DNA of 64,000 nucleotides from an uncultured Planctomycetota bacterium (GTDB lineage Bacteria; Planctomycetota; Planctomycetia; Gemmatales; Gemmataceae): NCBI GenBank assembly GCA_963849325.1, contig CAWKHF010000012.1, positions 1,376,001 to 1,440,000 of the forward strand, read 5' to 3'. Shown piece by piece: positions 58,831 to 64,000 of this stretch (position 1 is its first letter; each line of letters starts with the position of its first letter). The notes under the pieces were generated by a model. It saw only the letters and a program-made list of their open reading frames with translations, ran no database searches and was not told where the DNA came from. The position numbers and the translations under genes were made by a program.

Positions 58831-60087
58831 ATGTCCGTGGAAATCAAAGTGCCCTCCGTTGGGGAGTCGTCACGGAAGGGACCATCGCTCGCTGGCTGAA
58901 GGCGAACGGGGCGGCGGTGAAGGCCAACGAGCCGGTGTGCGAACTGGAGACCGACAAGGCGACGACCGAAGTGATGGCCCCCGCCGGCGGCCGGCTGAGC
59001 ATCACCGTGGCGGAAGGACAGAAGGTCGCCATCGGCGCCGTGATCGGCCAAATCGAGGAAGGGGTCGGACAGGCGGCCCCTTCGGCGCCGCAACCGGCTT
59101 CGCCGGTCAAAGGAGACGGCAATCGCGCCTGCCCGCCGTCAGTCCGGCGGCACCCGGACGCAGCCCTGGGGCGGAGCCGCTCTTGTCGCCGGCGGCGCGG
59201 CACGTCGCGGCCAACGAGGGGATCGATCCGCAGCAGGTCGCCGGCAGCGGCCGCGGGGGTCGTATCATCAAGGAAGACGTGCTCAGCCACCTTCAGCAGC
59301 GCGGCCCCGCCGCCGAGAAAACGCCTCCTTCCGCTCCACCGGCCGCACCCGTGGTCGAGAGCGCGAAGCCGCCAGCGGCCCCAGCGGGCCGCGAACGCCG
59401 CGAACGGATGACGCCCATCCGGGCGCGCATCGCCGAACGACTGCTCGCCGCCCAGCAGAACGCCGCCATCCTGACGACGTTCAACGAAGCGGACCTGCAG
59501 CGCCGTCATGGCCCTGCGCGTCAAGTACAAGGAGACCTTCCAGAAGAAGCACGGCGTCGGCCTGGGCTTCATGAGCTTCTTCGTCAAGGCGGCCGTCGAG
59601 GCCTTGCACGCCTTTCCCGCCGTCAACGCCTCCATCGACGGCAGCGACATCGTCTATCACAATTATTACGACGTCGGCGTGGCCGTCAGCACCGAGAAGG
59701 GGCTTGATGGTCCCCGTGCTGCGCGACGCCGACCAGATGAGCTTCGCCGACATCGAAAAGGGCATCGCCGCCCTGGCCCAGAAGGCGCGCGACAACAAGA
59801 TCAGCGTGGCCGACTTGCAGGGCGGCACGTTCACCATCACCAACGGCGGCATCTTCGGCTCGCTCCTGTCCACGCCGATCCTCAATCCGCCGCAAAGCGC
59901 CATTCTCGGCATGCACGCCATCCAGAAACGACCCGTGGCCGTGGACGATCAGGTCGTCATTCGACCGATGATGTACCTGGCCCTCTCCTACGATCATCGA
60001 CTCATCGATGGCCGCGAGGCGGTGAGCTTCCTCGTGCGCATCAAGGAGTGCCTGGAAAGCCCGGAACGGCTGCTGCTGGAGATTTAG
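58831..60087 (+). CDS. sucB: Dihydrolipoyllysine succinyltransferase E2 (frameshifted)
   Basis: ELETDKA lipoyl motif, [29 protein letters not shown]. Confidence 0.93.
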
Positions 60088-60120
60088 CTACTTGCGACAT
60101 CGAGTTACCTCCTGATATCG

Positions 60121-60180
60121 TCCGAGCCGCGACCGTCAGGGAGCGGAATAAGCCCCGCTCCCTGACGGTCGCGACTCGGA
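60121..60180. repeat. REP-like palindrome, family B variant
   Basis: TCCGAGCCGCGACCGTCAGGGAGCGG / CCGCTCCCTGACGGTCGCGACTCGGA. Confidence 0.88.
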
Positions 60181-60263
60181 CAGTCCGCCGGAAATTCCTT
60201 GACCCACGGATACATAACCGATCCAATAAAACTAGCTGGGGAGAGGAATGCTCAGGAGGTATC

Positions 60264-63023
60264 GTGCCGATCCACTTCCGCTGTCCTCACTGCGAGAAAC
60301 TGCTGGCTCTCGGGACGCACAAGGGCGGGACGCAGATCCACTGTCCGATGTGCGACCACCTTGTCACGGTACCGCCGCGAACCGAGGTGGAGCTGCCGAC
60401 AACCACCGTCGTCCCGGCCGACCCCGCGCCGCCGCCTGTTGAGGCATGGTGGCTGTCGGCCGGCCCTCCGCCCCTGTCCGAAGCAATCACTGCCACGGCC
60501 GTCCCAGCCCCGGTGACAGACCCCCTCGTATTGGAAACCGCCCCGAAACCGACGGCAGCCAGCTCCGAAGGGACGATTACGGCCGCCGGTTTCTTCACGC
60601 GCCAGCACGGCTTGATCCTGGCCGGCGGCATCGCCGCCGCCCTGGCCGTCATCGCCGGCGCGCTGGCCTTGCTGCCCGGCCGAACGCACCGAGAGAAGCC
60701 CCAGCCAGCGGAACAGACGGCCCTCGTCGGCGACACGCGGAAAGAGCCGGAAAAACCGCGGGAACCTTCCTCGGCTCCCCCGTCCACGCCGAAGACACCC
60801 GCTACCCCGGTTCGTGAGGAAAAGCCGAGCCAGCCGGACAAACCGACGGTGCGGGAGAAGAAAGACGACAAGTCGTCCGCTCCGCCTCCTCCCGCGCCGC
60901 CGAAAAACGAAGCGCTCCAAACACCGACACCGCCGGTCGATCCTGCGCCGGTTGAAGTGGTCCGGAAGCCGGCCCCTGCCCGCCCGCTCGTGGTGAAGTA
61001 TCGCCGCGACGTGACCGAGGACGAGCTACGCCGCCAGATCGAGAAGGCGCCGGAGGTCGCGCTGGACCGGGGCAACGACCGCACCGAGGCGCAGCGCGCC
61101 GTGAGGCTGGCTCGCGCCGCGGCGGCGCAGGGCGGACGCATCGAGACGACACCGCGGCTGATGCTGCAGCGCGCCGACCTGGCCGGGCTGCCGATGCGCA
61201 TGGGCGACGAATGCCACCTGGGTCCGGCGACAGCCGACCATCTGCAGGGCGGCTCGCTGGCCCTGCGCGCGCATCTGCTGGAGGCGACTCGGGGCAGCGC
61301 CCGCGCGGCGACCGGCGACACGCGGCCCGACCCGAAAAAACTGTACGCCGCTCTCACCGCCGACGGCGAACGGCACAACAAATGGCTCAAGCCCGAAGCG
61401 GTCCCCGCCTTGCAGCAGCTGCTCATGGCCGAGAACGAGTCCATCCGCGAAGTGCTGGTCGATCAGCTGGCGCGCATCGACGGCAAGCGCGCCAGCGTCG
61501 CCCTGGCCCAGCGCGCGCTCTTCGATCTCCATGCCGGTGTCCGCAAGAGCGCCTTGATGGCGCTGCGGAATCGGCCGCGTCCGGAGTATCAAGCGGTCCT
61601 GCTCGACGGCTTCCTTCACCCCTGGTCAGCCGTCGCCGATCACGCCGCCGAGGCACTCGTCGCGCTGGGGATGCGCGACGTGGTGCCGGTGCTGCTAAGT
61701 CTGCTCGACCAGCCCAACCCCGCTGTTCCATACCGCAAGCCGGGTAAGGACGCGCCTTACGTCCGTGAGATGGTGCGCATCAACCACCTGCGCAACTGCG
61801 TCCTGTGCCACGCCCCCTCACTGAGTCCCGAAGATAAAGTGCGCGGTTTCGTGCCGCCGCCAAGTCAACATCTGGCACCCGGCCCCACAGGGGGCTACGG
61901 CGGTCGGTCGAACGGCATCTTCGTGCGGGCCGACGTCACCTATCTGCAGCAGGATTTCTCGGTGCCGCTGACCGTCAAGGATCCCGGTAAGTGGCCGGCG
62001 GCGCAGCGCTACGACTTCCTGGTGCGCGAGCGGCCGGCCACGCCGGCCGAGGTTCAGGCCGCCCGAGCAACCGAGGCGAACGCGCCGAGCGTGCACCAGA
62101 AGGCCCTTTTCTTCGCTTTGCGCGAACTGACCGGCGCCGACCCCGGCCCGACCGTCGAGGACTGGAAGCGCCTGTTCCTGCACGGCACCAAGGTGACGCG
62201 GATACAGGCCGAGATGCCATCGGCCGCCGGCGTGATCGCCGACGACCACGGCCGCGTTTGGGTCAGCGTCGCCGGCGAACTGCGGCAGGCCGAGCCGGTC
62301 GTCCGGCTCGAACCCTGGTCGAAGGATCTCGACGGCTGCAAGGATCTGGCTCTGGATGGCAAAGGTCGGCTCCTCGCCTGCCAGACGGCCAGGGACCGGC
62401 TCGTCGCCGTGGATCTCGCCAAGAGAACCGTTACCGTGCTGGCTGATCGCTACAAGGGCCAGCCCCTGCATGCGCCGACTCATCTCGTCGTGGACCGACA
62501 GGGCGGCGTCTACTTCACCGACGCGGCGGTGCGGACGCCGAGCGCAGGCGTCGGCGTCGCGGGCGCGGTGTATTATCTGTCGGCCCGCGGTACGCTGAGC
62601 CGACTGCCCATCTCCTTGCCGGCGCCCGGCGGCATTGGCCTGTCGCCCGATGAGAAGACGCTTTACCTGGCCAGCGCCGGCGGCCCGGAAGTGATGGCCT
62701 ATTCGCTGGAAGGCGTGGGCCTGCCGGGCAAGGGCAAGGTATTGTGCCGGCTCCAGACGCGGAGCGATGCGCCGATGCAATCCGCCGGCGGTCTTGCGGT
62801 GGACCGGCATGGCAACCTCTTCGTGGCGAACCCGGCGATGCGCGCCATTCAGGTGCTTAATTCCGAGGGGGCGCGGCTGGGTCTGATCTCTCTGCCGGAC
62901 GCGCCGCGGTCCTGCGCCGTCGGCGGCCCCCAGGGCAAGTCCCTTTACGTCACCACGCATCACGCTTTGTTCAAGATCGAATTGGAAACCGCCGGTGCCG
63001 GTCTCGCCGCTCGGGAACGCTGA
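60264..63023 (+). CDS. Fusion protein: zinc ribbon, TM, Pro-rich linker, HEAT-like domain with CxxCH, SMP-30/gluconolactonase-like propeller
   Basis: AGGAGG then [48 protein letters not shown]. Confidence 0.8.
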   Translation: MPIHFRCPHCEKLLALGTHKGGTQIHCPMCDHLVTVPPRTEVELPTTTVVPADPAPPPVEAWWLSAGPPPLSEAITATAVPAPVTDPLVLETAPKPTAASSEGTITAAGFFTRQHGLILAGGIAAALAVIAGALALLPGRTHREKPQPAEQTALVGDTRKEPEKPREPSSAPPSTPKTPATPVREEKPSQPDKPTVREKKDDKSSAPPPPAPPKNEALQTPTPPVDPAPVEVVRKPAPARPLVVKYRRDVTEDELRRQIEKAPEVALDRGNDRTEAQRAVRLARAAAAQGGRIETTPRLMLQRADLAGLPMRMGDECHLGPATADHLQGGSLALRAHLLEATRGSARAATGDTRPDPKKLYAALTADGERHNKWLKPEAVPALQQLLMAENESIREVLVDQLARIDGKRASVALAQRALFDLHAGVRKSALMALRNRPRPEYQAVLLDGFLHPWSAVADHAAEALVALGMRDVVPVLLSLLDQPNPAVPYRKPGKDAPYVREMVRINHLRNCVLCHAPSLSPEDKVRGFVPPPSQHLAPGPTGGYGGRSNGIFVRADVTYLQQDFSVPLTVKDPGKWPAAQRYDFLVRERPATPAEVQAARATEANAPSVHQKALFFALRELTGADPGPTVEDWKRLFLHGTKVTRIQAEMPSAAGVIADDHGRVWVSVAGELRQAEPVVRLEPWSKDLDGCKDLALDGKGRLLACQTARDRLVAVDLAKRTVTVLADRYKGQPLHAPTHLVVDRQGGVYFTDAAVRTPSAGVGVAGAVYYLSARGTLSRLPISLPAPGGIGLSPDEKTLYLASAGGPEVMAYSLEGVGLPGKGKVLCRLQTRSDAPMQSAGGLAVDRHGNLFVANPAMRAIQVLNSEGARLGLISLPDAPRSCAVGGPQGKSLYVTTHHALFKIELETAGAGLAARER

Positions 63024-63024
63024 T

Positions 63025-63089
63025 GTTTAGCCGCGACGCGCAGCGGAGCGCGAGGGCATCCCGCGCTCCGCTGCGCGTCGCGGCTAAAC
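63025..63089. repeat. REP-like palindrome, family C
   Basis: Same arms; lies between convergent genes. Confidence 0.92.
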
Positions 63090-63857
63090 GGGTTTAGCGT
63101 TCAGCGGAACCTCCAGAATGCGGCAGGGCGGACGATCCGGCCAGTGCCGGCGCAACAGCGGCAGCGACACGTTGTAGACGGGGATGCCGCCGCTGGTCTT
63201 GCCCTCCGGCGTGCCGCGATGAGCATGGCCGTGGAAGACCGCCGTCACACCGTAACGTTGCAGCGGCTCGCCGAGCCGGCCGCAGCCCAGAAAGGCGAAG
63301 ATCTCCGGCGGCTCGCCCTCCACCGTCTCCTGGATCGGCGAATAATGCAAGAGAGCAATGCGGCCGGGCATGCGCAGCCGCGCCAGCGCCGACTCCAGCT
63401 TGAGCGTCTCGTTCACCGCTTCCTGAACGAACTTCTTGATGATGTCCTCCCCCCACGCTCCCAGAGTGGCCCGGCCGAAACCGCCGGCGAAGCCCTTGAC
63501 GCCAGCGAAGCCAACGCCCTTGATCTCGCAGGCGTCACCGTCCAGCATCCGCACGCCGGCGTCGATCAGGATTTGCCTCACGTCGTCCTGCTTGCCCGCT
63601 TCGTAATCGTGATTGCCGAGCACGGCGATGATCGGAACCTTGACGGCGTTCAGCTCGCGGCTGAGGATCTGCGCCTCTTCGGGCAGGCCGAAATCCGTCA
63701 GGTCGCCGCCCAGGAGAAGGACGTCCGCCGCCTCGGCCATCCGTGCCAACATCGGTTGGAGTTGGCCGGCCGAAGCTTTCGTGCAGTGCAGGTCCGCCAC
63801 CGCCGCGACACGCACCACCTCCGCCTCTGGTTTGGCGGCGTCCTCTTTCTTCGTCAT
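63084..63857 (-). CDS. Calcineurin-like metallophosphoesterase
   Basis: ADLH, GDLTD, GNHD, LLHY, HGHAH. Confidence 0.92.
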   Translation of the reverse strand: MTKKEDAAKPEAEVVRVAAVADLHCTKASAGQLQPMLARMAEAADVLLLGGDLTDFGLPEEAQILSRELNAVKVPIIAVLGNHDYEAGKQDDVRQILIDAGVRMLDGDACEIKGVGFAGVKGFAGGFGRATLGAWGEDIIKKFVQEAVNETLKLESALARLRMPGRIALLHYSPIQETVEGEPPEIFAFLGCGRLGEPLQRYGVTAVFHGHAHRGTPEGKTSGGIPVYNVSLPLLRRHWPDRPPCRILEVPLNAKPV

Positions 63858-64000
63858 GCTGTCCCCCTTCGCATTACGGGTCGCGTTCGCAGGCCAAGTG
63901 CGGCAACTTCCGTGCCCCGGCATTCCATTTGCCCTCTTCTCTCCACCGCCTCCCGCGCCGGTTCGGCCAAGGAGGCTTTTTCCTCCACTGTCCCGAGACA

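Noticed and set aside
59508-60263. Apparent SucB fusion to the downstream 1171-aa ORF
   Set aside because: Artefact of a sucB frameshift; sucB stops at 60087 and the next gene has its own RBS and GTG at 60264

Overview
High-GC bacterial DNA that looks like Planctomycetota (Gemmataceae-like). The evidence for this is three DUF1549/DUF1553 genes, two DUF1501 genes, WD40 and giant TPR proteins and many REP-like hairpins. Single-base frameshifts hit even housekeeping genes (purC, sucA, sucB, fadD), so they are most likely long-read assembly errors. Contents in order: a beta-oxidation cluster; purC; a lower-GC three-gene islet (secreted protein, C-terminally anchored protein, PIG-V-like mannosyltransferase); a prolyl oligopeptidase; a PSD1/WD40/~3,800-aa TPR unit divergent from a MoxR-DUF58-vWA operon that carries an inserted cholera-toxin-like ADP-ribosyltransferase gene pair; a WD40/DUF1501/PSD1 unit; a 5'-truncated IS110/IS1111 transposase followed by a ~670-nt structured non-coding right end and a solitary integron-like cassette; hydroxyproline-type catabolic genes; an FHA-GAF histidine kinase convergent with a Ser/Thr kinase; sucAB; a zinc-ribbon/HEAT/gluconolactonase fusion; and a metallophosphoesterase. 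The best novelty candidate is the IS110 right-end RNA. It appears to hold two related target-binding-loop modules with different attC-core-like guides plus a segment identical to the element's own end, and it abuts the GTT core of a cassette whose attC-like site is inflated by a tandem repeat. All family assignments come from motif recognition by eye; no searches were run.
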